Notes: generated by a model not told the origin, from the letters alone. DNA of 64,000 nucleotides from Selaginella moellendorffii (GCF_000143415.4 NW_003314273.1:2418719-2482718), one strand, 5' to 3'; shown: positions 49,645-63,160, counted from the first letter of the stretch. Numbers and translations: made by a program.

Positions 49645-52600
49645 TGGCTTTAGACGACGATGACGATGATCTCTGCTGTGCTGCGGCTGCGCTGCTCACT
49701 CTTGGCCTTGGTGGTGGGGTTCTTAGTATGGGATAGGTGAAGTGGTGGGTGGACCAGGGACGGCGCATGGGGTCCCTCCAGTGATCCATTTACTACGCTC
49801 CCCCTCCCCGGCATCACACTGCGGGTACGTTCAATTTACAAAGAGCAGGAGTTCTTCGCGTTCTCACTTTATTTTTTCAGCTGGTCGTCCTCGAATCTCA
49901 ACTTCGCGGGATCCAAAGTAGCTACAGTAGTGGCGAGCAAGCGGCCAAAACCACCAAAAGGTACGTGTAGACCTCTCTTGGCTATAGTAGTCTCTAGCGA
50001 ACAACAGCGCTTCTCTCCTTGATCGAGCTCTTTGCTCTAAGAGTTTTTATCGTTTGTTTTGGCTGTGGCAGGAGGAGGTAAACAAGAGCTGGGAAATGTT
50101 GGACTGGATCTAACTAGTCGCGCAAAGCCCGGCTTTTACCGTCGTGCGCCACCAGTGTAATTACAGCCCGCTCGTGAATGGCCATCCCGAGGCCGCGGCA
50201 GGGTGAGGTAAGCCTTTGTTTACGTTTGGAAATGTTTGTTTTTGCGTGGTCTGCGTGGTTGTCTGTCTGTCTGCAAGTGCGTGAGGGTCCGTGCGAATGC
50301 CGATCGATGACGATGATCGCCATCGCCCTGTGACTTGTAGACGAGGGAGGCAAAGAGGTTTTTGTTTGCTTTCGCGTCTGTTTTGGTTCGCTCTAATCCA
50401 ATCCGATCCACTGCAGGGCAGCCGCATTTTCTGCAGTTAGAAACATTGGTGCGTGCGTGGTCTTTGATATACTTCCATCAATTGACACAACTTGTGCGCT
50501 TTGTGATCTTTGCAGATCCTATGTTGTCACGCAAAAGAACTTACGCTCATCGCGTCGTCATCGTCGGCATTATTGAAGATTGACCAGTATATGATCCATT
50601 CGATTTGATCGCAACCGTGGCCGTTGGATCGCCCCCGCCCCAACGGCTGCCCGTGCCACGCGGGCTTCCCTCGCGAAATTCCAATCGTCTAGTTGTCGGC
50701 CGCCAGGGCGACATATACGGCAATCCCGAGGCTGGCGGTATTTACTGCCCAGGTAAATACATTGGCATCGTATGGGACCAATCATCATACGCATGGTATG
50801 GTATGGTGGTGTTATCTAGATTCAGAGAAAGAAATGATTAATTCTGGTTTTGTTTTCAGGTTGTTTGGAGTAACAAACTTGTTTCCCAAAAGAATGAAGA
50901 ACCTACTTACTCACTCCTACCAAGTTTTAAATTCAATGATCAAAAGAGTGTGGCTTAACAAACAACTTCTTTTAAACGTCTCTAGCTGTGGATTTGGAAG
51001 TTCTTGCTGGTATACTAAATGTACATTATACACAAGAAACCAGAGTTCTTCCAAATCCACAAATGATAGAGCACATGGAAAAATCAAATTAGGAGTACAG
51101 AACAAAGACTATGGTTTGGATTAGCATTATATCATAGACAGGTGTGAAATTAATCCATGGTTTGCATTACATGCATGCACGTGCATCCATGTGCAGCCAC
51201 GTTACATTCCTGGAGCGAAAAGATTATATAAATATGTACTTCTCTCCACATGCGCTCTATGTGGTCGTAGCGCTACGTATTTATATACCGTTTGAGCATC
51301 GCTCTCGATTCTTCCGAGATGCCCAATGAAATCTGGACGAGCTCTGGGCGATGGGACGGGCATCTTGACTCTCGGCTCTCCATTACCAATGGCGATGTTC
51401 AAGAAAACCGGGGCCTCCTTTGCGGTTTTTTCACAAGGTTTAAGAAAAAGGCGAGCGATCTTGCAACGAAAATCAAAGTGGTCACGACCTGTTGATCCAC
51501 TTCTAGCACGCACTCATGCGTAAACTTCCCGAGATCATCGCTTGCGGATGAATTCATGTGTGACACGCCAAATGCAATGCAGTGTGGAGAAAAGAATCCC
51601 ACCACCACTGTATGTGTGAGAGAGACATTATACCAAGTTGTGAATGAAAGATCTCTTTTTTCTCGTTTTTGGGACTCCTCCTTGTCCATGGATGGTTGTA
51701 GACCATGGTGTAATATTTTAATTAAGTGGATGGACGATGTGATACTTTGCTTGGTTGGATCGTGAATGAGAGAGAGAGAGATCTCCTCTCTGGCCGTCCA
51801 AAATCCCTAGCATATAGTGTTGTGTGCAAGCCTGGCCCCTAAACTCCCATGGAATCTCAGCCATTCACATCTTTGCAGCAAACCATGTGAAAGTGTCGGC
51901 CACCAACAATGCATCATCTCTTTTCATCTTGGGGCCTTTGAACCAGGCAGGGGCTCTACAGTAAAACACGCTTCTCATTGAAATAGTCTCTTAAGGAATA
52001 CTAATGCTAACCAGGAACCAAAGTCAGTGATTTTGGTAGAAGTAGAAAAAAGTTTCATCCAAAAACTTGACAATGCTAACTACCAGATTTTTCTAAGAGA
52101 TCGATCATATCATAAGTTTATACTTCCCCCCATAACTTGGGACACAGAAAAGAGCTGTGCTGCTGCTTGCTACCAGAAAAGTACACACATCTCAATTCCT
52201 GACAAAGCCAAAACCATTTTATAAAAGAAAAAATAGGTGCCCATTCCATTCTCTATTACATTTCTTACTAGTATAATGATCTTTCTCTCTGTACTTGCAA
52301 CCTTATAATATTACAACCTCGGAGAGTTTTCTCGTTTCCCGTTCAAAAGGGAAAAATAGAAAAACCTTTCAAAAGCTTTCATTCATTCATTCATCCATCC
52401 AACCACAAAATAAAAACGCCAAAAAAGTAAACACAGGCTTGTCGTTCATGATTTCCTCGTTCTCGTCTCATCTAGTCTCATCTTTCTTTTCTCCTTCTTC
52501 TTCTTCTTCTCCTCCTCTGAAAGGTTCCTGCTCGCTGCAAAAGCCATGACTTACAGCAGCAGTGATTTCCAAATGGAAAAGAGAAAAAGAAAGTTTGCGA

Positions 52601-53026
52601 AGACTCACTTGGACGAGCGCGGACCACCGCAATTTCTCTCTCTCGTGTGCGTGCACAACATCACTCGCTGTCGTCTCATTCCCCTGTTGTCTTCCTCCCC
52701 AAAGAGCGAAGGCCTCGCCACACCTATTAAATCAATTCTCCCTTTTTTCGGTATTTGTCACTGAGCTGTCTGTAACTCGCCCAGTCCTGTAGTCCAGTCC
52801 CGGCCTTCTCTTTTTTCCACTGTCGTTCTTTTTTGCAGCGCCAGGCATTTCGTAGACCAGGAACTTGCTGGAAAAAAGAAATCATCCCCGCCCCCGTGAG
52901 GTGGTTTTCTTTTCTTTTCTTTTTTCTCGAAACGTACGTAGCCAGCCCCGCACGATGCTGTGATCTTCAGTAAGTAAAAGAGTGTCGCGTACCTCGTCGA
53001 GTTACGAGAAAGGATGCCGCTTTCTC

Positions 53027-54526
53027 TCAGAGCCTGGAAGGAATAAGTGGTGTGCTCTCTTGCAAGTATGCCTGCGCCGCAGCAACGCCGCTTCCCAGTT
53101 TTACCGGGAAGCCAACGTCCTTGAGTGCCATTTCTACTCCAGCCAGAGCAGAGATGAGTTGAAGCTGCGAGAGTGAATGATCCGCTTGAGGTCAGGAGGA
53201 AAGTGAGAGATGAAAAGACTTACTTCGTTTAAGAATCCCAAATGTCCGATGCGGAACACCTTTCCTGCCACCTTGTTCAGGCCGATTCCAATGCTCAAGT
53301 TGTATTTTCTCCAGGCTACACGAACCACGTCTGTGCTGTTCAAGTAGGATGGAACCACGACGGCAGTCACCGTATCACTGTACAGCTCTGGATCTTTGAC
53401 GCAAAGCTCGAGGCCCCAAGCTTTCACAGCCAACCTGGTGGAAGCCAAAGAAACGCTCAGTATAATGCTAGACAGAGAGAAAAAAAAATCTCTTAGAACT
53501 ATACCTGGTGGCATGAGCTAGCCTGTGGTGTCTCTTGATGACATTTTCCAGGCCTTCTTCAAATAGAAGATCGAGAGCTGCTCGGAGGCCGTAGAGCAAC
53601 TGTATGGAAGGCGTGTATGGCCAGTAAGAGCCGAGCTCGTACGACTTGAGATAAGCTGACCAGTCGAAGAATCCCCGCGGAGAACGAGCAGACTTGGAGG
53701 CCTCGAGAGCTTTGGGACTGGCACAGAGGATACCGAGACCGGTTGGAAGACCGAGCGATTTTTGCGAGCCAGTCAGAGCAACATCGACTTTCCACTCGTC
53801 CATGCGAAACGCGAGTGCTCCAATCGACGAAACTCCGTCAACCAAAAGCAGAGCTGGATGCTGGTTTAAATCTGCTCCAAGACAAGAAGCAAGTAGAACA
53901 ATTATCTTAGCCGTCTAAGAGAATCCCAGGAAAGCTTTGATCTTACCAAGTATGGCTCTCACAACTCCCAAGTTGATGTTAATACCGGTGGAAGTTTCGT
54001 TATGAACGACACACACCGCCTTGATCCGGTGCTCCTCGTCGGCTCTGAGCTTCGAATCGAGAACTCCCAAGTCGACTCCGCCTCCCCATTGGCACTGGAC
54101 AGCGTCCACGTCGAAGTGGAGTTTCTGGAGCTGCTGGCTCCAGAGATGGCTAAACTGCCCAAACACGAAAGTGAGAACGCGATCTCCAGTAGAGAGAGTG
54201 TTCACAGCAGCGCATTCCCACCCTCCAGTCCCTGCCAGGAAGAAGAAGAAGAAGAAAATCCCAGAGTAAAAAAAAACTCTTAAGAAACTCCCAAAAACAC
54301 TATTCTCTAGATTAAACATACCAGTTGTGGGGATAATGAAGGGAGTCCCAGATTGCGTGGAAAAGATGCGCGTGACGTCCGCAAGGAGCTGCCGTGAGAA
54401 GACCGGGAATGCTGGCGATCGATGATCCTCATTGCCGCGATTCAGTGCTTGCATCACCTTTTGCGGGATATTGGATGGCCCCGGCACGAAGAGATGATTC
54501 CGCCCTGGCGCCATGAAGTAGTCCAT
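53027..54526 (-). CDS. AGT1: Peroxisomal serine/alanine:glyoxylate aminotransferase, 5 exons
   Basis: MDYFMAPGRNHLFVPGP, PTTGTGGWE, VHNETSTG, VDGVSSI, PLP lysine in GSQK, WPYTPSIQLLYGL, VFRIGHLG. C-terminal PTS1 PSRL*. Confidence 0.95.
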
Positions 54527-54684
54527 GGAGCAAATCCGCCGCCAAGGAAGAAAGCCCGCCGCTTTCGATCGATCGGCCGAATGAGGCGCTAGAACCCTAA
54601 CTTTGCTACTTCGCCGAAATATGCTAGCATGCGCGATGAGCTAGCAATCGAATTAAACTAATTAAACAAGATCACATCTAATAC

Positions 54685-54685
<1 letters not shown>

Positions 54686-54744
<59 letters not shown>

Positions 54745-54755
54745 CACACACACAC
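54686..54755. repeat. Compound (CT)n(CA)n microsatellite in the AGT promoter
   Basis: Direct reading. Confidence 0.95.
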
Positions 54756-55103
54756 AAGTAGTTTTGGTATTTTTCCCATTCCCATAGAAAAAGATTGCGT
54801 AAAATCGATGCGCAGTGGCCTTTCCATGAACAGAATAATTCCTCGCTTATGTTCTTTCTTCTCAATCAATGTTATTCGCTGAATCATAGTACAAGTTCTC
54901 TTTGGAGATCAATCCTTCACGCAAAAGTAAAAAAGAAAACTTAGAAGTTTAGATCAAAAGAACCACGAAGCTTGACTTATTCTCGTCAAAGAAACTAGCG
55001 CATTGTCTTGTCCAACTCACTTTCCCGCACCTGGAGGATACTGTAAAGGAATATAAAACTAGCAAGAAATTTACCTTCGGACATATCAGCTTTGCGACAA
55101 TGA

Positions 55104-55543
55104 GGAATCGTCCGGCGCAACGTACCATTCCAGTGGGAGGGGACCAATGGCTCAAAGAAATGGCTGGACTCCTGCTCAATCAGTCAAGGTGGAGAGTTTA
55201 GACGATGCAAATCCAACTACCAAGTGGTGGAGTGGCTCTACGCTGAAATTCGCAGGAGCGATCTCGGCAGTGGCACCAACACCAAAGTCGCGATTCGCAA
55301 GTGAGTGAAGGAGACACGGTCACATAATCGGGAACAGGGAGGCCTCGGAACATCTTCCCTCAGACTCGAAACATCAACCGGGGCGTGAAGCTCATCAATG
55401 ACGCGGCAATGAAGAACACTGTGAAGGTGTGGTTCCGGTTTGAATATGGCAACGCGGCGAAGCCCTGTCGTCCCACAAAGTTTCTCTGCTTCGTCGAGCT
55501 TGGAAGCGGAGCCACCATCAACAATGACTTGACTAATGCTTGA
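55104..55543 (+). pseudogene. Relic DNA/RNA non-specific (His-Me finger, Endonuclea_NS_2-like) endonuclease
   Basis: Three frames in succession give VVEWLYAEIRRSDLGSGTNTKVAIRK*VK, then GHIIGNR, then NIFPQTRNINRG...VKVWFRFEYG....RPTKF. Confidence 0.65.
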
Positions 55544-55677
55544 TATGAAAATCAGGTTTTCTTAAGTAGATATATTTGTATATAGCTTTGCTGGAGTGCC
55601 TGAAAAAGAGAAGAGAAAGAAAGAAAATAGATAAAAATGCATTCATGTATACAGATGAGTTACCAGAGTTTCCAATA

Positions 55678-56776
55678 TCATTCTTTCTCCGTCGATGGAG
55701 CGGTAATGTTTGCTTTGAGCCACCTCGAAAGATTGGATAGAAACGGTGTATACGCAAAGTAGCAACATATGACCCAGGTAACAACACCCTGAAACATATT
55801 CACGTACTTGAAGGCTAGATGAGCACGACTGTTACCTCGTCAAAAATGAATATATTCGGATTCGAGTAGTGCCACAAATGAAACCACCTGTAGGTAGCAA
55901 AGCACGATTTCGTGAAGTAGCCAGCAAGACAAATTGAGTTTTTCTAACTGTTGAGCTTACTTGATGATGGGAATCTCCAAGGCAGGACACAACACACCAA
56001 CAAGGCTCGCAAGAGCAAAGCCATGCACTGTGCCCTCAAATAAAGCCCAGTTGAGTTGAGCGCCGGCAAACAGTATATATGCTTCGATGTTGTAAGGCAC
56101 ATTTGCTCGGTACAATTGAGCGCTCAGCTCAAGATAGAAAACCAAATATCTGTAAACGAAAAAAACTCTAAACTTTAGAAAAAATTGCAAGAAATCTCGA
56201 CTTACACAAAACACAGAGCTAGCTTCTCGAAACTTGGAGGTCGAATCGGCCTGTTCCTAGCGAATTGCTCGTCAAGTGCTAGATGCAACAATCCAACAAC
56301 ACCATAGAACGTCCCAAGAATTGGAAACACCTGTTAGTGGATTTAACCCAAGAAGAAGAAAAGCAATGCTTTTAGCGAGCAGGAGTTGTCCAGTAGCTCA
56401 TGTCCTCCGTACCCAGAGATTGGTGCGAAGGGGCCCGATGTTGATTGCCCAATTGCCATAGACCTGGAGTTCAACGCTCGAATGAATGGCGTCTAGAAGA
56501 GGCCCGAGAATAAATCCCGCTCCAAACAGAGCGCCACCGATGACCCCCAAGCCTGCCAGAAACTGGGAACGCGACATCAAAAAGAGCTCCGTGACAGAGA
56601 TTTTGGGAGATTTTCGAATAAATACCTCGATTGCTTGGAATCTTGTCGCTTCCTCCACTCGCATTGCACGCGGTGAGCCGGCTCCTGCCAAGCCGCGCTC
56701 GCTTGCTCGCGGCCGTGCGAGATATCCCTAGTACAAATCGAGGAGTCGCGCCATCGCAGCACAGCGCCACCGCCAT
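55678..56776 (-). CDS. INSIG-like multi-pass membrane protein with probable transit peptide, multi-exon
   Basis: [80 protein letters not shown] introns. Confidence 0.8.
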
Positions 56777-56846
56777 CGCCCAAGAACCCTAGCTCCTTCC
56801 CGCTACAAACAAGAGCATATTCCTCAGCCCGAGCCCTAAAGTCATG

Positions 56847-56858
56847 CGCCACGTGGCG
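56847..56858. promoter_or_regulatory. Palindromic G-box CGCCACGTGGCG in the divergent promoter between the INSIG-like gene and CML
   Basis: Perfect 12-bp palindrome about 70 bp upstream of the INSIG-like ATG; reverse CCAAT (ATTGG) at about 56874. Confidence 0.55.
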
Positions 56859-57317
56859 AATACGAGGGTTTTGATTGGCTGCATGGAGCCAAGAGGGTTG
56901 TGGCTCCAAGGGCCCGCCCTCTCTTTCCGAGGGCCTTCCTTTCTCTTCTCTAAGTTTCTCGCCATTCACCAGCATTTTGTGGAGCGATCGAAGCAGCGCG
57001 GCTATGGCGTCGCTTCTTCTCCACGATCTGGCCGGCGCCGCATTGATCTAGCGGACGGGGGCTATCGCTAAGTCTCTTTTGTCGGTAGAGGCGCGGGCCT
57101 TGTGGGATCACGAAGCCGCCGACGCGGAAGACGCAGTGAAGCTGCTGCCGATCGGTGGAAATCTCACCTCAAAAGCTTCGATCGAGCTTTCCGGCGAGGA
57201 TCCGAGGTAAAAGAGAGGTAGATTTCTTGGATATTTCGGGCAGCGATAGCGGAATGCTGGCATCGCAAGGCGGCATGTGGTGAGATTTCCAGGCTAGCTA
57301 TAGGCGCGCGCACGACG

Positions 57318-57983
57318 ATGAAGCTCCCGAAATATTTGAGGAGGAAGAACGGATCTTCGTCAGCGTTTTCCAGCTCCAACGAGTCGAGATCATCCAAGTC
57401 GGCAATGGAGGGCGATCTCAAGGCCCCGCTCAGCAGATCCCAATCGGCCGAGATCTCCTCCGACTCCTCCTCCTCCTCCTCGGCTCACAGCAGCATGAAC
57501 AAGCAGCAGCATCCCAGGCACATCCAGGAGCTCGAGCACGCCTTCCGCTACTTCGACGCCAACGGCGATGGCAAGATCTCGGTGGCGGAGCTCGGGGGAG
57601 TGCTCAAATCCCTGGGCGAGAACCCGAGCGAGGAGGACTTGAGAACGATGGTCCGGGAAGTTGACGCGGACGGGGATGGGTTCGTGGATTTCGACGAGTT
57701 TGTGCATCTCAACACGGAGATCTTGGGCGACGCGCTGGCCGCGAGCGTGGAGGAGCTCAAGGCCGCGTTCTACGTCTTCGACACGGACAAGAACGGCTAC
57801 ATTTCGGCGGAGGAGCTCTACAAGGTCATGTTTAACTTGGGGGAGAAGGGGGTGACAATGGAGGATTGCAACCGGATGATTGGGGGAGTCGACTCGGATG
57901 GCGATGGGTTTGTGAACTTCGAGGAGTTCCAAAGGATGATGTTGAGCAGCAGCAGCAGCAGCGCTGCTCCCTCCACCGCATGA
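57318..57983 (+). CDS. CML: Calmodulin-like protein with 4 EF-hands and a Ser-rich N-terminal extension; intronless
   Basis: EF loops [36 protein letters not shown] and [12 protein letters not shown]. Confidence 0.95.
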   Translation: MKLPKYLRRKNGSSSAFSSSNESRSSKSAMEGDLKAPLSRSQSAEISSDSSSSSSAHSSMNKQQHPRHIQELEHAFRYFDANGDGKISVAELGGVLKSLGENPSEEDLRTMVREVDADGDGFVDFDEFVHLNTEILGDALAASVEELKAAFYVFDTDKNGYISAEELYKVMFNLGEKGVTMEDCNRMIGGVDSDGDGFVNFEEFQRMMLSSSSSSAAPSTA

Positions 57984-59651
57984 TAGCGACGAAGCTTTTT
58001 TTCTTCTCCGCGCCAAGGTGAGAGCTCTCAAACCAAAATTCTCCCTTTTTCTTGTTGTTTTGTGCTTGTTTGTTTGCTTGTTGTTTCCGTTTTTTTTCCG
58101 TTTTCGTGCGCGCTCTAATCACGATTTCTACAGAAAGTGGCTAACTTATTCCTCCGCTTTTCTGTAGGCCTAGCTCATCTATCAAGCCATGATCACAAAA
58201 CTTTGAAGCTCCTTCCTCCCAAATCTTGGGGAACCTTTTAAGATCTCTTTAAACTTTGGCTCATCTCATCTCCTTTTTCCTTGAACCCTGCCTTTTTCTT
58301 CGCAGTCTTCTCAGTAATTTATAATGCAAGAAGCTCCCATGATCGATAATGGGGGAGTTTTAAAGCTTGTTTGTGGACGGTGTTTATTATAGGTGTTGGC
58401 CCGCGTAGCCCCGAGTGTGGCCGGACAACTGTGATTGACAAACAATTGTCCTAGCAGGTACAAATCCTATCCTTTTCTTTCTACATTTTTTTTCCTTAAA
58501 AACTCTTTGCTTGTGCTGTAGGTGCGCAAAGAGCGCTGATTTGTGACGAAAGCGAGTAACTTACTAGGTAAGCTTAAAGCTGCTGCTGCTGCTGCGCGAT
58601 TTCCAAAAGGTGACCGAAGAGATGTCATGGCATCTCTGTGACTTTTTTTCTTTTTTTTTTTCTAACGAAAATGCGTCTTTCCCAGGGAAAAAACTTGATG
58701 GGCGCTGGTTGCGCATTCATCACTGCCGCGTTTTTGACCAGTGCCGGCCTTGGAAGAAGCGTGACAAAAACGGGTGCTGCGAAGAGGAAGGTAGGTTTGG
58801 AGTTACTTCACACACACCTGACTGACTCTTTCTCATTTGGCTGAAAGGAAAGCGTGCCCGACTGACACGACGAGACGACTGTGGCGCAATCTTTTCTCTC
58901 CTCTTTTTCGCGGCAAGCACCAAAGCGGCGGTGGTCCAGTGAGAAGTTGGGAGTTCATTCTCGTTTTTTTGTTTTCGATGGAAACTCTCGGCGCAGATCT
59001 GGACGGAAACATTGATATTGGGCTCCAAGAGCGCGACAATTGCTCTGCGGCCTGGCCTGGCCTGGCCTGGCCTACACCGGACTGGAGAAAAAATCTGGCT
59101 TTCCAGTACGACAAGCTTGCCGTCCTTCGTGCTGCTTCGCGGAGCGCCAAAGTCAGAGCTACAATTTCTATCCATGGCTCGCCCCGCCGCGAGGAAAAAG
59201 ACGTGCGCCTGAGGCGGGCGCTCACGCGACTTCGAAGTTTCCAGCGGGGGCCAAATAGATTTTTATTCTTCCTTTTCTTCTCTTTTCATCACCGACTTGC
59301 GAGAAAACGCGCTGCTGCTAAAACTCGTTCTTTTACTCGGCTTACTCGGCCTGCCGCGAAGAACAGAAGAACTCACTTTTCATCCAAGCATGGAAATTGG
59401 GAGAATTTACCTCTTTCTTAAGAGATTGCTCCGCCCTAAACAATGCGGCCCTTGCCTGCGCGAGAATTATCAATCTAGCAGCTGAAAATTTCATGCCCTA
59501 ACCTCGCGATCTTCTTTCATTTGCTGCTCCGGCCTGACCCAGAAGAAGTACACGGTGATCGCAGCTATAGACCAAGCTGCGACATTGGCGCGGCCGCGAA
59601 CGCCACCTAAAAGATTGCCGAGGATTGCAGACACCGGCGTCCTCGGCATTG

Positions 59652-59705
59652 CAAGAACCCTAAAATTTGAGAAACCCTAAATTTGAAGAACCCTAAAATT
59701 TGAAG
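59652..59705 (+). promoter_or_regulatory. Three tandem telo-box-like motifs (AACCCTAAA) upstream of MSL
   Basis: GAACCCTAAAATTTGA-like unit repeated three times, including one exact AAACCCTA. Confidence 0.5.
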
Positions 59706-59922
59706 AGCACTAAAGATCAAGACCGTTGATCAGTGGATATTCCTTCTTCACGGTGAGCACGTGCCGGGCATATCCTACGCGTATATCGGCTCGAAAGTCT
59801 TAGTCCTTAGCTCACGGACACTGTCTTTAGCATTCGCTTATATTTTCGCGTTCTAGGGTTCTAGAGCGCGCAATTTCTTCTTTTTAGGGCGGGATTTGGA
59901 GAGCGCTGCCGGCGATGCGCTG

Positions 59923-62505
59923 ATGGCGGTGATGAATGCGTTGCGAATTGGCCAAATCCACGGCAGTGGCGTCCAATTCAAGAGAAATTTTCAGGTATTT
60001 CGCTTGCGTTATCGAAATGAGGGTATTTGATTGTGATCTTTCTCCAGAGCTGGGGACAAGCTCCATTCCAGCCAGGTCTGCGGTCGTCTAATTGCGCATG
60101 GGTAAGCCTCTCTTCTAGCTACATTTGTTCTAGCACGACATAGAATAAATCTGTGGTTTTGCAGCTTTACAACCAGGATTTGTGGTGTGTCCATTTGTGG
60201 GCTAGCTTGAGAGCTGTTCCAAAATGTGCAATCAGCAAGCCCAATGCGGTATCTTCATGCCTCGGACTTACATCGACACAAAAGGATTTTCACCAAATCT
60301 TTTCTACTGCACTGGCAAAGTCAGATACATTTTTGTTTGGGCTCCCATAGAGGTATTGACACTCTTGTTTTCTTCTTCTTGGCTGCTGTAGAGTGCTCAG
60401 TGTGTTGAAAGCGCATCCAGTTTTCTCGAGCTGTGCTCCTCCTCTGGCCATGATATTTTTCGCGGTGTATGGACTACTTCCGACGATAAAGATGATCCAG
60501 CAAGGCGTGTTTGGGGTAAGCTGGATGCCTGGTAGTGAAAGATTTTTTGACAGTTCTTTTTCCAGAAGGAGAGCTGGCATAAATCTCAAACGGAACACAT
60601 ATTGGTAGCTTATGTGCGCCCCTTACTTATCTGGATGGGTGTTATCTCCATTTGCGGGTGATTCTAGATTTTCTTTAGTGACGATCTTCTCATGATTTCG
60701 GTGTATAGGTCTATCGATCCTGTGGTCTTGTCATCTGGAGCGTCGCAGGCAATCAAAGATCGATCAATTAATTTTGTAAGATCATTATCAACAGTCCTCG
60801 CGTTTGCGGTGTGTGCAACGAAGTAAGCTTTTTCTTCGCCATTGTATTGTTTTTCTCATGCTTTGATTTTTATTTACCTTTTCAGCCTAACCGAAAAAGT
60901 TCAAAAGTCTTTGGAAACACGCGATTCGGACAAGGGCCGAAATGTATTGTGGTTATTTTTTCCGTTGCGGTATCTTATACGTGTGATCTTTTATACTTCC
61001 AGCTCGGGATTCAATTCATCAGCAACGCTGTCCGGTCGTCTGTTTGGGTAGCAGCGGTGTGTCTTTTCATGGAACTTCTAGGATTTTCGACTCAAAAGTG
61101 GATCACGGCTGGAGGCCTTGGAACAGTTCTTGTTACGTTAGCAGGCAGAGAGGTGGGGAGTATTCAGTTGCTGTTTTTCTCAAAAGGAACTGACTGTGAA
61201 ATGCTGACAGATTCTTACGAACTTTCTATCGAGTATTATGATTCATGCTACTCGACCTTTCATAGAAAATCAATGGATACAAACAAAAATTGAAGGCCAG
61301 GAGGTTTCCGGGACAGTTGAGGTATGTTGTCAAAGGACCTTGAAGGAAAATGTTACTAAAATTCGGCTTGCTAGCACGTCGGTTGGTGGTCTCCAACTGT
61401 CATTCGAGGTGATGACCGCGAAGCCGTCCATATTCCTAATCACAAGTTCACCGTGAGCGTCGTTAGGAACCTTAGTCAGAAAACACACTGGCGAATCAAA
61501 ACGCACCTGGCCATCAGTCATTTAGACGCTGGAAAGATAGCCGTAAGTGTTGTTTTTACTCCACAGCATTTCAGGGACTCATTTTAGTGTCCTCTGGCAG
61601 CTCATCGTCGCGGACATGCGGAAAGTATTGGCGAAACATTCTCAAGTTGAGCACAAGAGATTGCACAGACGCGTTTTCCTGGACTATGTTCACCCAGAGA
61701 GCCAGGCCTTACATGTGAGTGCGATAGATGTTCTTGTTTGTCTTCGCCTAGTTACCATCCCTCAATCGTTTCAGGTTTTGGTGTCGTGCTTTGTCAAGAC
61801 ATCCCGCTTCGAGGAGTACCTCCGAGTGAAGGTATTGGTCAGCTTTTCAGCAGTTCCATTTCCATTGTCTAATCGTTCACTTGGCAGGAAACGATATTGC
61901 TCGATATCCTAAAAGTAATCAGTCACCACAACGCTCGGCTGGCGACTCCAATTCGCTCGATACATCGAGTTTCAGCAGACGAGCCGCAACAGGCTCCGGC
62001 CAGCAAGTACGACAGGCCACTTCTCATAAGTGAGACCTCGGTGCTGTCGTCAGAGCATCCGCTAACCAGATCAAAGTCACAGTCCGAGATTGTGGCCGAG
62101 AACATCGACAAGAGTCAAGGCAATCCGGGTGAAGCAAAGCCTCAACTCGCGGGCCTGGATTCCATGGGCCTGAATTCGAAGGACATAACACTGCTAGGAG
62201 CGGCGTTCGGGAAATCTCACGCAAAGCTGCCGGTCGAGGAGGAAGAATCTCCTCAACCGAAACCGGCGGAGATAGATGGCGAAAATGCACAGGTTGTCCG
62301 AGGCAAGATCTACGTGCAGGACGATGTCAAAGAGCAGATTGTTGGCAGCGTAAGAGCAGTGAAAGGAGATGGAAACGGCAAGAAAGGCCTGCCGAGATCT
62401 TCGTCGGTAGAAGAGAACTTAGTTCTCGGCGTTGCTTTGGATGGATCAAAGAGGACATTGCCTCTCAATGGTCCAGAAACCAATATAGATGTTAAAAGGC
62501 TGTAA
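59923..62505 (+). CDS. Mechanosensitive channel of small conductance-like, plastid MSL2/MSL3 type; multi-exon
   Basis: [115 protein letters not shown]. Start codon inferred. Confidence 0.92.
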
Positions 62506-62635
62506 ATAACACTTACAAAATAGAAAATCGCTCTTGTAGATTTCCGTGTGATTCATCATAGAGTTCATGAAATAAGATATGATAAAAGAGATCCTACACA
62601 ACTATATAAGCATCTAATTTTATTTTTTTTTATCT

Positions 62636-63160
62636 TTAGAGAAGTTTGATTTTCTCGCCACAGCTCCAGGGGTGCTCTTGATTGCGGTTCTTTCGGACCT
62701 GGAAAGCCGCGGACAATTTCCCACACAGTCTCATGATCCTGGAGTTTCCTTTCTTTCCAAAAGCTCCCGAGAGGCTGCTCGATCGCTCGAGCTTGGCACC
62801 AGCTCCTCCACCCAGCAGTGCTTCCTCGAGCCTCCTGCTGAAAGAATTGAGCTCGTAAGCGTCGAGCAGATTGCTTCTCCTGTTGTCTACCACAATCTGG
62901 AGCTTCCCGCTCTCTTCCAGAGCTTCAAAAGCTTCCATCCTAAACCGCGAAGTCGAAGCTCGAGCAGCCCCTGCTGGTGCTGTCACTACAGCATGCTGAG
63001 AATCGGCGTTTCCGGCACCTCCTCCTCCTCGACCATACCATGCCCAAGCTGCGGCCTTTCTCTGCTCGATCAAGCCTGCATTCTCGTCTCCCGAGCTCCG
63101 CTCGTCTTTCACCTCGCACTGATCAAAGTAGCTGCTCCTTGCTGCTCCTACACGATTCAT
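62636..63160 (-). CDS. Conserved uncharacterised plant protein
   Basis: AAAWAWY...SRFRMEA...LLDAYEL motifs, recognised as a land-plant family of unknown function; single 174-aa ORF. Confidence 0.7.
   Translation of the reverse strand: MNRVGAARSSYFDQCEVKDERSSGDENAGLIEQRKAAAWAWYGRGGGGAGNADSQHAVVTAPAGAARASTSRFRMEAFEALEESGKLQIVVDNRRSNLLDAYELNSFSRRLEEALLGGGAGAKLERSSSLSGAFGKKGNSRIMRLCGKLSAAFQVRKNRNQEHPWSCGEKIKLL

Noticed and set aside
57390-58031. 213-aa antisense ORF over CML, and similar antisense ORFs over AHL (48183-48719) and 62672-63286
   Set aside because: Shadow ORFs caused by GC-rich codon usage of the real gene on the opposite strand; no recognisable motifs.
58610-59485. Cluster of 130-194 aa ORFs between CML and MSL
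   Set aside because: Overlapping on both strands, low complexity including a (GGCCT)n repeat, and no domain signature.
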